NCBI GenBank assembly: GCA_000708835.1
Contig: DF237391.1
Location: 12,971 to 76,970, forward strand
Length of the DNA stretch: 64,000 bases
Source of the DNA: Klebsormidium nitens
Lineage: Eukaryota; Plantae; Klebsormidiophyceae
Direction: 5' to 3'
Each line of letters opens with the position of its first letter. Position 1 is the stretch's first letter. A model generated the notes under the pieces. That model did not search any database. It saw nothing but the letters and a program-made list of their open reading frames with translations, and was not told the origin of the DNA. The translations under genes and the position numbers were made by a program. Below are positions 12,521 to 24,963 of the stretch, in pieces.

Positions 12521-14526
12521 CTGTCCGTAAGTCCTTCACTTTGCACCCGGCCTGTCAATCTAGGCTCATGCTTCCAGCTCACAGGCTCCCCAAGAAGCCG
12601 GAGTCATGAGGTTCAGACCTGGTACTTCAATCTGCAAACCCAAGTCTCAACTGCTTATCATTCTTTCAGTTCTGAACATAGTATTCATCTGCAACTTCCC
12701 CACGCTAGATGTGAGCACAAGATGTGAAGCACTTGAAACCGCGCAAGTTTCCAACAATGGTGACAAAAGTCCACCAAAATCACAATCTGATCAAAGTTAC
12801 AGCCCTTGCCTTACGCTAAAGCTCACAGATGATGGAGCTTTGCGTTGTTCGCCTGTAGCTTCAGGCATTTCAAACTGCCCAAGCAGTTGGCAGAGCTGCA
12901 CCCTTGGAACCTAGGAGGATCCTAGCTACCTACAAACTCCGCCATTTTGCCCCAAGTGCTTTTCACTTTACAAGTTCAACTTGCCGGGTTCAACTTCCAG
13001 AGTGCACCAGAGTGATGATCACCTTGCAAAGCAGAGCAAAACGGTGAAAAAGTGCATCTACCGTACCTCGGTATCAAGTTCTGAGGCTCTAAAACTGCTA
13101 AAGCCAAGAGAGCACATGTAGAGGAAATTTGACCCGAGGTACCTATAAAAGTTGGACTTGGTTGAAGTTGGGCTCACCCGGGCACATTCCGGTTGTGCAT
13201 ACCTAGGTATTACCCGGTGTGGGAGGCACGCACGTGCCCCTGCTCGGCGTTTCCGGCTCCTGGTTTCCACGTAACGTACCTTCCCTTTACAACCGGGGCA
13301 ATGCCAGCCGCACCGGGCAACTTTGAAGTTGCTTATAATTGATTCAGCTACCAGGTAGCTGCTAGGGCCGAGGCCCGAGGGCGAGCTAGCAACTGATCAA
13401 GAGCGCATGGGCCCCAGGAGCTCTGCTGATGTCAGCATCCTCTGCGGCCACGATGGCGGCCGTTTTACGGTTCCCATTGCTTCACAGTAGGGTTGGCCTG
13501 CGCAGTGCACAGGCTGGATGTGCCGTATCCAATGCTGATCCTACCGTACGCGCCACTGGCACAAGGGTACGTACCGACTTCCCTGTAACGCCAACGCTTT
13601 TCACCGTGATTCTAGAAGCCAAAGCGGTCTGTACCGGTAACACTGAAGCTTTACCGAATACGGCCGCCCGAAAAAGTGCAAAAGCGACACGGGCCACGGG
13701 CCCACGGCCCACCACGGCCCACCACTAATACCGGTGATCAATCGACCTTGGGCTGGGGAGCCGGGCACCGGGCCAGAACCCAGCCTCTCTCGCTGGGGGG
13801 ACAGCCCGGGTAACGAAGTCCCGACTCCCTCGGCACCATCCTGCAAACCAAGCAAGTCGTTCGCACCTTCGCAGCTTCTTTTTAGCTCGGTTTACTGACA
13901 AAGTCAGTACCGAGCTGTCGCAATCGACCCCGGAGTTTCAGAAAAGGGGGGAGTGGCAATGCAGACTGGATCACTCTATTAAGCCCGGTTCGACCCATCG
14001 AAAGCAGGTTTCAGTGGTTGAAAAGCTGAAATTGCAGACTCCCGTTTTCGACGGCTTTTGAGGTTCGATGCCCCGGAAAACTTTTTTTTTCGCCTTAGAC
14101 CCCGAACCCCGGCACGTGCCGTCGTCGCGGGTCCTATGTCTCGCGGCCGGTACGGCGGCCGACAACTAGATCGAGTTAAGCCTGCCTGCCGGCTGCTCGG
14201 TTATGAAACCTTTCGCACGCACTGCAATTCTGGAAACCCTAGGATATTGAAATCAATACCGCCCGGTAATATATTCAATGATTATAAGCGGGCCTGACTC
14301 CTGATGTCTAGCTAATAAATCACACTGCGAAAGGCTTGCAAACTCCAGATTTCATTTCAGAAAATTTCAAAATAATACTCCTTATTGTAAACCGAGCGAC
14401 CGCAGCGTTTCGCTGCCTACATTTTTTGAAAGTTTGAACAGACCAGCATCCAGGGCTACCTTTGCAACTTCTATTTGCTACATTTGCGTCAGTTGCGAGG
14501 GGTATCCACCGGTAAAGGGTGAAGCC

Positions 14527-15864
14527 ATGGCAAAGGCAGATTCGTCAGTCTCCGGCTCCAAGAAGGGCTCAAAAGTCTACCTTTTGACTGCTTGCCAGAC
14601 GGCATTCTCGCGTCCATTCTGACCCGCAGTACAGGTGTCCTCTTCTACGATCGGGAAATGGCGAATGCAGGCCGATCTCGCCAGGCTTCAGACTGTTTGC
14701 CCGCGTTTTCACCAAGTCGCTATAGAGGTTGGAAAGTTGCACTTTGATCTGCGGAAGCTGGACATGCGAGCTTGTGAAGGTTCTATTGTCGAACGTCTCT
14801 ACTTAGGCTCAGAGCACATCACAAGCTTGCTTTTTCAGATGAATCCTGCTGAGGTACTCTGCAGCGGGCTCGTCTCCAGCTTTGCGAGGTGTGCTCCAAA
14901 GCTCGAGAGCTTTAGTCTCAATGGTGCCAGGCTGGATTGCCCGGGTTCAAACTCTGACACATTGACCCAGCAATTGCTCAAGTCCTTGTCGAGCTGCCCA
15001 CAGCTGACGACCCTAAGTTTTGGGGGGGTGTTAGATGATGGCAGTGCCACCAGTTTGACAAGGGCTCTCTCGAGCAAGCGGCCCTTCCAAAGTCTTAAAC
15101 AGATTGATGTGGACCACATAGAGCTCTCTGACTCTGCATTGAGGTCTCTTTTGGAGCAATGCCCTGTCCTTGAGGAACTCCGAGCTTGGACTGTGATAGG
15201 TCTGGAGGAGCCGCAAATCAAAACAAGGAGCCTGCTAAAGCTCCTTCTAGTGACGAAAGCCCGCTGTCAAAGGTTGGAGATTCTTGCTCCAAAGCTCGTC
15301 GATGTCACACTCGATGGTTTTGGCAACGTCTGCATTGATGCCCCGGGGCTCCTCTCTTTGAATGTTGGTGGAGGCAGCATAACCAGATCGCAACCTTGGA
15401 ATATTGAGGAGTTGCACTTGCGAGGGCTCTGGGAGTTTCGCAATGTCATGTCCTTGCTGCAAGTTTGTAGCGGAGCAAAAACGCTGTTTTTCGGAGTGGA
15501 CATGAACGTGACTGTTGAGCCCGGGGACCATGCTGTGGTAAATCTGATTAGTGAGATCCGCAAGTTTAGATATGTGGAGGCACTTTACTTACATGCGGAC
15601 ATGGTCAGGTTACTTGAGTGGCCAGCCGGACCCGCCTTCAAAAGCTTAGAGCGACTTTCGATTGAACTACCCCTAGGAGAAGAGATCTACATTGATCACT
15701 GCGTCAATCTTGTTGACGGGAGCCCTAATCTGGAGTTTTTGGATCTGTCGTTCAGTGGACGAGACGCCTCATTGGAGGCCATCGATAATATGCTTCGCTT
15801 CATAGAACTACAAAAACGTTATCCCAACCTTGATATAAGAGTGCATCCGCTAGGTTGTTATTGA
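14527..15864 (+). CDS. F-box/LRR (RNI-like) protein; F-box N-terminus is out of frame with the main ORF (possible pseudogene or assembly indel)
   Basis: The 409-aa ORF 14635-15864 has DLARLQTVCPRF (second half of an F-box) followed by LxxLxL repeats (LESFSL, LTTLSF, LEELRA, LERLSI, LEFLDL). The first F-box half, LPFDCLPDGILASIL, is in another frame at ~14577-14621. Confidence 0.7.
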
Positions 15865-17618
15865 GACATTCAGTAGATTCTTGCGATCTTGAGCACCCGT
15901 ACAGCCATGAGGGCTGGAATGCTTGATCTTATTTGTCTAGCCCGAGCTTGTGTAGTTCCATACTTAATATGCATGGCCGGGTCCTTCTCGAGAGTCTTTA
16001 TGGAAACGTGATGCTTGGAGTTTGACAAGGTGATTTATCGTCGCACTTAGTATGACAAGAACTGGCAACTTAGGCTCGATCCTTGAACTCGGAATCATTG
16101 CCTATACAGGTTCACGAATTAGCTGATATTATTTTTCGTGACGGCTCGGCACGCCCATAAAGGTGATCTATATATCTTCAAATCAGCTGGCAACCACAAT
16201 CACCAATGATCCGAGAGGGCATGCATTTGAAGATTTGAGCGGCAGCGATAAGCTAGTTCAATGCTTTCGTAGTGCATGTTGAACTATAGCTTGAACGTGG
16301 TGCGTGCAAAGCTGCAGCTAGCGTTGACAAGTGTTGAGCGCTTATCATTGCCGCCCCGGGCAGAATTTCAATAGACAGTCGGATCTGACTTCGATGCAAT
16401 CTCGAAAGCGACCGCGCGGCCTACTATATCAGACAAACCGCGGTCACCGCGACAGCCATGCAGCATATTTACGATTGACACGCCGTCAATGTGTTAACGT
16501 GCACATGTCCGCTAATGGCCGGCAGCTATTCATAGCACTACCCGACATTCGTATGAACTTGAACATGCTGACATGAACACAGACTTCATCAACGATCTCA
16601 AATGGATTGCCATCGACTCATGTAATGTAGATGTAGCAGCTAGATGTAAGGCCATGGCATGAGCGTGAGCATGATGCCATCGAAAGTGCTGGCCTAGAAG
16701 AGTTTTCGGCATGCATACGGCTTCTGTCTAGGTATATTTCGGCCCTACTATAAACCACGTGTAATGTCTGGCATAGACTTTTCAAAAGTGCACCCATTTG
16801 TATTACGGTTGCCAGCGGTCACTCACATTTGAAAGTCCACTACAGTCCAGGCGCAATTGCAGATTGCAAGTGACTCGTCAAAATGTCGAACGTTTCCATG
16901 TCATGACCGTCCTAACCATAAGCGGGGCCGAAGCTTTGGAGTCTATTATTCAAATGCTAAAGCAACTTTACCGGGACAAGACTTGTTCTGCGAAGTGTGG
17001 CTGGCCAAAGTACGCTTGTTGGCAGCACGTTGAGCAGAGCCTGCCTATGTTGTGGCCTCCGAAATAAGATATGCGCACAACTTGCACTACTCTTGCATCA
17101 CGAAGACACGACCATGATCAAAGCTCCATTAGTCCTTTCCTCCTTGTATGAGCAAGGATAAGAGATCGACCAGGTGATCAATACAGCAGGCCTCACGGCG
17201 GCACTCATTTAGAAATGATCCAAAAGAGCTAGAGACGGTAGCTTAGGTTGACCTTCAAACGCAGACAACAGATTAGTGGCTCTATAATAGAACGCCTCTG
17301 ACCCTTGTTCGTAGCACTTGTTCTAGCTTCAAGGGTGACGGAACCCAAATGGCACGCGTACATTCCACTTGACTATGTTTTATGCCACTCTACACCGTTA
17401 CACCTCAGGTGTTACACAATGAAGCAGCTTTTGATCTCGCGTTAAGTTCTTTCCAATGCCGCATGCTCGTACGCTCCTCCTAAGGCTGAGAACTTGCAAA
17501 TTTGGCGAGTTCCCACAGGGCTTCCCCTTCCTGCCAGTCCAACTACTTTCGCGTTTCTGCATTTACTACCTGATCCTACTCTGACAGGTTCGCTTACACA
17601 TACACCTACCGTCTGCTT

Positions 17619-17702
17619 CACTGCTTTCCCTTGTACATATGTTGCCTCTTTTTGGAGGGTCACTGCTTTACCTTGCACATATGTTGCCGCTATTCGGAGG
17701 GT
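17619..17702. repeat. Two-copy 42-bp tandem repeat downstream of PLD
   Basis: cactgctttcccttgtacatatgttgcctctttttggagggt / cactgctttaccttgcacatatgttgccgctattcggagggt. Confidence 0.85.
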
Positions 17703-17783
17703 CATCTCGAGGCTCTTCCGTTAATTGTCGATCGGCCAACCTGTACCTTCGAAGTTCCAAGTCTGCATTTTACTCCGCGCACG

Positions 17784-20700
17784 TCAAGTGGTGAACTCCG
17801 AGAACCAGGCCGGCCCCCGCGTGCTCCTCTTCACCTTGCCCTTCTCCCCGGGGAACCTCTTCCACCCAGGCAGGTCGTGTACCGAGCCGTCCGCCCCTAC
17901 TTGAATCGGATACGCCATAATATGCCCCTCCATGTCCGCAACCTTTTCCTCGGCATACTTCCGCCAGTTGCTCTCCGCGAGCTCGTTGACATACCGGACG
18001 CACTCCGGACTGCCCGGGTCGTCGAACCGGGGGTCCAACCGGCCGCCGAAGTGCTCCGCCCATAGCGAGAGCCGGTAGCCGTAGACGTCCCCGCGGGGGG
18101 TGCGCACCCCGCCCGGGGTTTGGAGGGTTCGCGTGACGGCGTGCGGCTGGAAGGCGCTCATGGCGATCTCGGTGTCGCGGCCGCCTTCTAGGGAGCGCTC
18201 GTTCAGGTTGGCGGAGCCGATGTTGAGCGTCTCGTCGTCCTGGACCATAATCTGCACAAATTGGGGCCGGTGAGTCATTCAAAAACTCGAGGCAGAGTGA
18301 AGATACGCTATTCGTTCCATCGGAAGCGAGGAGTTATCAACGGCGGACGTCGAGCGGCCGAAAGGAGAGAAGGGAAAGGACCGCACTGGAAGAAGCATGA
18401 GCTTGAAATATTGATGTAGCCCTCGTTCCGCGTCTGATGGCCTGACATTATGGAGCGAACGGAGATTTCGGCTGTGTGGAATCAAGCCTTTGGATTGAGA
18501 CGGTGTCGAGGGGTCAATGGGAAGGCCGGGAAGCAGTGCGAAGGAAGCACGCAGTCCGCGCCGCCGAAGGATGGTACCAAACATGGCCTTCCGCGCTTAG
18601 TAGGACCAGAAATCTTGCTGAAACGGAGATTCTTTGCGACCAAAGCCGGATGTTGAGCTCTTCCCATTCTTCTCGTCAAGCAGAACGACAACGACTGACA
18701 AGACCCGCACGAAGGGACTGGTGATTCGGCGGAGTCTCGATCAGGTGAACGGTGGAGGGGGGAGAAAGCTGACTTCAGGTGGAACCTCTTGGAGACGCCT
18801 CTTAGCTAGAACCCTCCTGCACCGACGGTCTAGCTTGCAGATGCCTAGCTTGAAGCAGATTAGAAAGGAAACTCTTAAAAGAAGGGACCATTTTCAAAGT
18901 CAGTGGCAACTCACGCGGCTTTCCGTGAGTACTACCTCCCTGAAACTCGTATCGCCCGGAGACCTTAGAACCACAATCACCTTCAAAAAGGCTAGGAAAT
19001 TGTCATTGGGCCCACCTTGGCGTGCATGTGGATGAAGCTCCGGCGCGGCTTGCGGCGGCCGCGCTTCGTCGGGATGCAGCGGCCGCGCTCCTTCGGCTGC
19101 TCCGCGGGGCCCCCGTGCGGGCCGACCGTGTCTTGCCTGTTGCCCAGGCAGTAAAAGTTGAGGAAGTCCCGCGGGTGCCGCTTGCCGGCCAGCCCGTTGC
19201 GCGACAAAGCCTCCGCGACCACCCTGTAAAGAGTAACAGTCGAAAGCTTACAGATCGGAGGTAAGCAAGATGAGTTTCGATATGATGATTGACATTTCGG
19301 ACGTGCCTGTACATAGCGGCCATGGTGTACGCTGCCAATAGAGCATGCCTGTACTCAATACTTACAACCAAGCAAGCTTTGGACGCTTCCCGGACGCCAC
19401 TTCGGACGCGTGCCGGCACTTTTCAAACAAAAGAACCTGAATTGGACGCGTTTCGGACGCACCTGTACATGTCGGCCATGGTGAGGCGCTGCCAGTAGAG
19501 CATGCCTTCACAAGAATCTTACAATCAACAAACTTCGAGAGGATTCGGACGTGTGCCTGCACATTCTGATCTCCCAAAACAAGATTCGGACGCGTTTCGG
19601 ACGTACTTGTACATGGCGGCCATGGTGAGGCGCTGCCAGTAGAGCATGGCGTCCGCCTGCGGGCCGTAGATCTCGGGGTGCATCGGCACCAGCATGTACG
19701 CTGCGAACGGCTCCCCGCCGTCGATCTTCTGCGCGATCTTGAGCGCGATCTCCATCGGCACCGTGTTGTTCGCGCTCGCTGTTTTGTACCTGGGTAAGGA
19801 ATATTACAGGAGGAATTGGGTTCCGGAAAAACCATGGCCAGAAAAAGATTTTGAAGGCCGGGCGGACCCATCGAAGTGCTTCTGCTCAACCGAGAAGCCA
19901 TGTGGGAAGCACGGCAACAAGTCCTCACAACGTCAATCTTCGCATATCTGGCATTTGCGGAGTTCAAATGACGTCCCAATGCTTTCCGATCAGTTTGCTT
20001 CCTATCTAAACAGCCCCCTTTCAATCTTAGACCACTCCGTTCTAGTCGCCTGGACAAATCCAAGCTACGAAAAGACACCGAAACCACAAAAAAGCGCAGG
20101 GGATCACTTAACGGAGCCTCTTCTCACCGTGGCCACGCGTAGCTGCTTCCCACATAGTACTGGTTCTCGATGTACAGAAACCGCTGCGCGCGTCGGATCG
20201 TGTACACGTACGCGTTTTGAATGCTCCTATCCACCACGACGCCCTTCTCCCGATACAGCCCGCACTTGAAGTCCTCTTCCGGGTCTTCCGGCAGCCCCGC
20301 GTGCGAGGCGGAATCCGCGCTGCCGAACACCTGGACGTGCCACGTGGCGGGGTCCGATTCGTTCGTGGCCGCGAGCTCGGGACACGCGTCCTCCGACCAG
20401 TGCGGCTTGTCGAAGCGCCAGCCGGGGGGGTGCGCGAGGCCGCGCGTTTCGGAGATGGGCAGGAGCGCATTCACATGTTCCTTGGCCAGCTCGCGCCACT
20501 CCTGCTCGAAGTGTGTGAATACGTCCCAGGCGGCGGGGCCGTCGATGCAGCACTCGGCGTCGTGCCAGGGCTCGTACCTGAATTGGCGAAGCAGAAGGTA
20601 ATGATTCTGCTAACTCTACGGCGCTTTGCCGGAGAACGACATCGCGAAAGGAGAGGACGAAGTTCGTAAAACCCCCAAATGTAACTAGAAAGAGCATGCG

Positions 20701-23700
20701 GACAAGGCAAGTCTCGAATTACAGAGCACAACGTTGCTGCATGGAGGGGAAAGCAGCAAGGCTCCTCGTTCGAGCAAGAGTCGCGGGTTTGAATGGCAAG
20801 TGAAGCCGCAATTGTTGCGGACCAAGCGACGACTTGCGAGGTAGAAATCGACCGCTTTCGTCGTAAATGCTGTACTGAAGTTCAAGCACTATTCCTTTAA
20901 ATCAAAGAGGAAAATGGACCCCGAAGGACCATTTAGTCGCAAAATAAGGACATCCAACTTTAGTCGCTAAGGAGCGAACAGAGTCTCAAGAGTCTGATCC
21001 AACGCGCAAACGAAAGATGGTCGGATTCACCCACGAAACAGATCACGGGAAGGTAGTTCAGAAGAACACTCCCAAGCAATAAAGGCCCCTCACTTGTCTT
21101 TCCTCCAGCTGAACAGGCTGTGTGCCGGCGTGTCGTAGTCGTGGTCCGTCGGATCCAGCCCGCCAATGAATGCGAGCAGCCGTCGCAGTCCACCATCCGC
21201 CACGTGTCCCCTCGCCGGGCCGTCTGCGACGTGTCCGCTCCCAACGCCGTCCGCCAGGAAGATCTTGTGGTGCAGCGTGAACCCGATGCGACGCGCGAGC
21301 GCGCCCCAAATGGAGCTCATGTTGGCGGGGTCGCGGGGCGCCAGCACGCAAGTTACCTTGGAATCTGCGGAGAGGGTAAGAGGTTGTGAAGAATCGAGAA
21401 CTATTAGGAGATGAAACGAGAAAGTTGCTGTCACGAAGCTTGTAACTAGGCTATCACGAGTTGGGGCAACGTCTGGTATTTGAGTGTCCAGGATAGTGCA
21501 ACAACGTATGAGCTGTTGATGGGAATCGTGCGGCGCCCGCACTCAAACCACCTTGAAGTTGGCGGACATATAACTTCCTGTTATAAGGGATGATGTCCCC
21601 GGGTTTTGAGGGCAGTGCAGCTTATGTGCCGCTACAACCGCTAGTTTGGCAATACAGGGCCGAAATCAGGACGGAAATTACCTCGTAGTTCGCGAACAAC
21701 TTGAACCAGATCAGGGTCACAACAAGAGGAAGAAGTGTTGTCAGGGTTGCTCTCACGACTATTGAGAAAGTGTAACGTTGTTTCTGCGAGGAAGCGAGGG
21801 GCTAGAACCTCGTGTTTGCCAAAACGTTTGTCCCAGCGTTGAAATGTGTATTGATAATGTTCGAGGACGCTTGTTTCGCAAGATGTGCCGAGGCCGACAA
21901 GAAAATGACGAGAATTCATATGTTACGCGAGGACCGACATTTCGAAAGGGCTGAAAGGCAAGCGCCGATGTCTTCTTGCCCCCGCTTTTCCGCCCCTACC
22001 TCTGAAGTACTCCACGGCGGCCCCGTTGTGAGTCAGGTCGACTGCCTTGGTCGCCGCCAACGGGTTCCGCTTCAGCTTCGACGACACGACGTCCCAAAGG
22101 ATAATGTTTACGCGCACCCCCTCCTCCGCCTTCTGCTTCAGCAGCTCCCCGATCGTGGGCCCCCCTAGCGGCTTTTCCGCCGCGTTCTCCGCGGGCGGGA
22201 ACGCGCGGCTGGTGTGCGTGAAGTGCCACGTGGCGATGTAGATGAGGTGCTTGTCGTTTCGGACGGTGGTGAAGATGTCGCCCCACGCGCTGGGGGAGGT
22301 GTCCGCGTTTCGGACGGTGTGGGTGTCTGGGCAGGGAATTGAGGGGAGCAGACCGGGGGGCACGTGGGCGTCCTGTAGAGGCAATCTGGTGTGAATGCTT
22401 TCAATCTGGGAAGAGGAGAATCAGAAAAATGGAGTATTTCTCAATTCTGCGGACATTGCGTTCTTTCTTTTATCGAGGAAGCTCGTCGAATTTGCAGCCC
22501 AGATTTGTCCGTTATCAGTTCTAGACCATTCTGTCTACGACTTCACAGCGTTTTTCGATCCCAAAAAGGAAGCTTTTTAGACACCGTGCCTCGGAAACAT
22601 GCATTGACTAAGCTGCATCATGTGACCGCATGCCGACCGCAGGTGCAAACAAAGTCTCTCCAAAATCTTCGAACAATTTGTTCAGTTCGTGCATCACTTA
22701 TTCTTTTCTTTCACCAGAATATCTTTTGCTGACCTGCGAATCCCGCGACGATAAAGTTCATCTTAAAGGCTTTTCTCTTTCATTGAAGCCGCTTCCAAGA
22801 GTATGTTCTGAGCCCAGCTGCAGACGCAAATTAAGAGTTCACATACCTCAAAGTCACTCACAACAGCCCATCTCAACCATTCAAACCCATCCAATGAAGA
22901 GGCCCTGCGCCGGCCGTACCTGATACGCCGTCACCCTACATCCCCTGCGCATCGGGAAGTACGAGTGCGGAACAGGGCCCGGCCCTCGTCTGTATGCCTC
23001 GTCTCGGTCCACGCTAACGAACTCTAACCTAACCCGGATCTCCCCGTCCCCCCTCAAGGGCCGCCCCTTCCTGTCCAGCAGCGGGAGCCACCCCTCGAAC
23101 GCGTCGCCCCCCCGGATGACGTCAGCGATGACGTCAGCGCGCCCCAGCTTCTCCGCCCCGACCGCGCCGTCGTCCTTGGCCTCGAACGTCAGCGTATCGA
23201 CGGCGTGCGCGAGGTACACGACGAAGCGCTCGTTCCACACGGGGTGCGCGTCGGCGTGGCGGACCTCGCGGGTGGCGGCCAACCGGGCGGGGCCTGGGGT
23301 TAAAGAAGGGGATATACGATTTTAGCCGGGAGAGAAAGAGGTTAAATGACCGGTTAAGGTGGTCGGGGGAAAAGTCCAGGAATAGGGAGTTCAGGTTGGA
23401 GCGTTCGATCGAGACCGGGTGCGCGTCGTGGTGACGGACCTCACGGGTGGCGGCCAGCCGGGCGGGGCCTGGGTATCAGGGGTTTGAGGTTTTGGCCGGG
23501 AGAGAAAGGGGTTAAGTGATTGGTTAAGGTGGTCGGGGGAATGGCAAGAAGGTAGGAAGTTCCAAGTTTGAGGGTTCGATCGAGACCAGGTGTGCGTCGT
23601 GGGGGCGGACCTCCCGGGTGGCAGCCAACCGGGCGGGGCCTGGGGTTAAGAGAAAAGGAGATTATGTGGTCGGGGAAGGTGGTTGGAAGAGATCGCCATC

Positions 23701-24963
23701 GAAGACGAAGTTAACTTCGTTTATCCAAACGGTTGTGAGACTGTAGGGTCCGTTTCAGAGGGGTGCGCGTCGTGCCCCGAGTGGCGCCCAACCGGGCAGG
23801 AGCTGAGGTTAAAAAAAGGGGTCGAGCAGTCTGTCGAGGTAGTTGGGAAAAAGTGGCTAGGAAGAACGAAATTCACTCCGTTAAACCAAAGCTTAAGATT
23901 TCGAGGGTTCGTTGCGGACGGGGTGCAGGTTGAGGTGGCGGACCTCCCGGCTGGCGGCAAACCGGGAGGGTCCTGTAGGGGAGAGACGGAGGTTCATTGA
24001 TTGGTTAATATGGTCGATGGAAGTGGCCAAGGCAATCCGAAGTCCAGGTTCCGGAGTAAGAAGGCAAGTTCAGTAGAGTGAGTTTGTTCAGAGGAAGAAA
24101 GAAACACGAGAGTTCAGATGCGTATGAAAGGGGACAGTAGGGCACAGATTAGAAGCAGTATGAGAGCGACCTGTCTCTCAGTTGCGTTGTCAGATCAACA
24201 ATTGATATTTCATGTTGATTTTGACCATACCGGTCAGAGTGAGATGTCCAGCAATCCGCTGTTGCTCGAGACTGTGCGGCTGCCGGCAGCTAATGACAAC
24301 AATGCATATGTTTTGTTCAAGAGACAACCCGTAGATTTTCAGTATCCCCCTTTCCTTTTGACGAAACAGGGATGGCTTCCTTCCTCGCTCAGTCAAGGAA
24401 GAGCAACGTCTGTTGGCCTATCATCTCCTTTGCTGCGTCCTTTATGTATTGGCTTGCAAGCCTTACGGCAGGCACCGAAGCGATCTGCTGCTGCCTTACG
24501 CGCCCCCGATAATGTGTGAGAAAGCCCAACTTCTACAGGTATTCAAATCTCGAGACAGTTTATGCATTGAACAGTTCCCACCGTATGTATCAGCCAGCGA
24601 CACGAGAGGCACAGCTTTGTGCACTTCCATCGCTCTCTTGTGATCTCTCAAAGGCCGCAATTGGCCCTCAGTCGCGGTTCCTGATCACCCAGAGTTGTGC
24701 ACTGACCGTTTGACTCCAACCTTCAGAATCCCCACATTGCAATTGCTGACGACAGGACACTCACCCGCATTCAGCACCACGTAGCATGACCGGGTCCTAT
24801 GCTCTTCGTCCCCAGAGCTAGCGCCAGAAGAACTAGACGTGCGAGCTTCCTGAACGCAGGCCCTGCATCCAGAGCGCAGCTGGGGCATGCACCCGTAAAA
24901 CGCTACTTCCAGGTTCCTCCCCTCGAGAATGGCGACATCTAGAGTGCCGTGCAACAAGACCAT
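17784..24963 (-). CDS. PLD: Plant-type C2-domain phospholipase D (divergent)
   Basis: Exons encode MVLLHGTLDV (C2 start), HPVWNERF, HLIYI, IGELLKQKAEEGVRV, HKD1 HHKIFLAD, GGLD..D..YDTPAHSLF, EPWHD, DRSIQNAY..IRRAQRFLYIENQY, HKD2 HAK|IMVQD, GSANLNERSLEGGRDTEIAM; stop TGA 17784-17786. Splice phases are consistent at the junctions checked. Confidence 0.93.
19290..19650 (-). repeat. Intronic echoes of a PLD exon end plus 5' splice site (3 copies)
   Basis: tttcggacg(t/c)a(c)..tgtacat..cggccatggtg...cgctgcca.tagagcatg recurs at ~19295, ~19451 and ~19595 (real exon end); periods 156 and 144. Confidence 0.9.
23240..23980 (-). repeat. Tandem ~170-bp array, each unit holding the PLD 3' splice site and the first ~60 nt of the exon (5 copies)
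   Basis: ggacctc.cgggtggc.gcca.ccgggcggggcctggg at ~23293 (real), 23468, 23639, 23802 and 23972; periods 175, 171, 163, 170, decaying with distance. Confidence 0.9.

Noticed and set aside
13050-14300. CCGG/GGCC-rich region as a MITE
   Set aside because: No TIR pair with a TSD could be found, unlike the element at 36702-37116.
16254-16286. Imperfect hairpin TAGTTCAATGC...GCATGTTGAACTA as a Helitron 3' end
   Set aside because: No correctly spaced CTRR terminus and no other Helitron hallmarks nearby.
23240-23980. CRISPR-like array
   Set aside because: Eukaryotic intron; units are whole degenerate tandem copies of a splice junction without unique spacers, and there are no cas genes.
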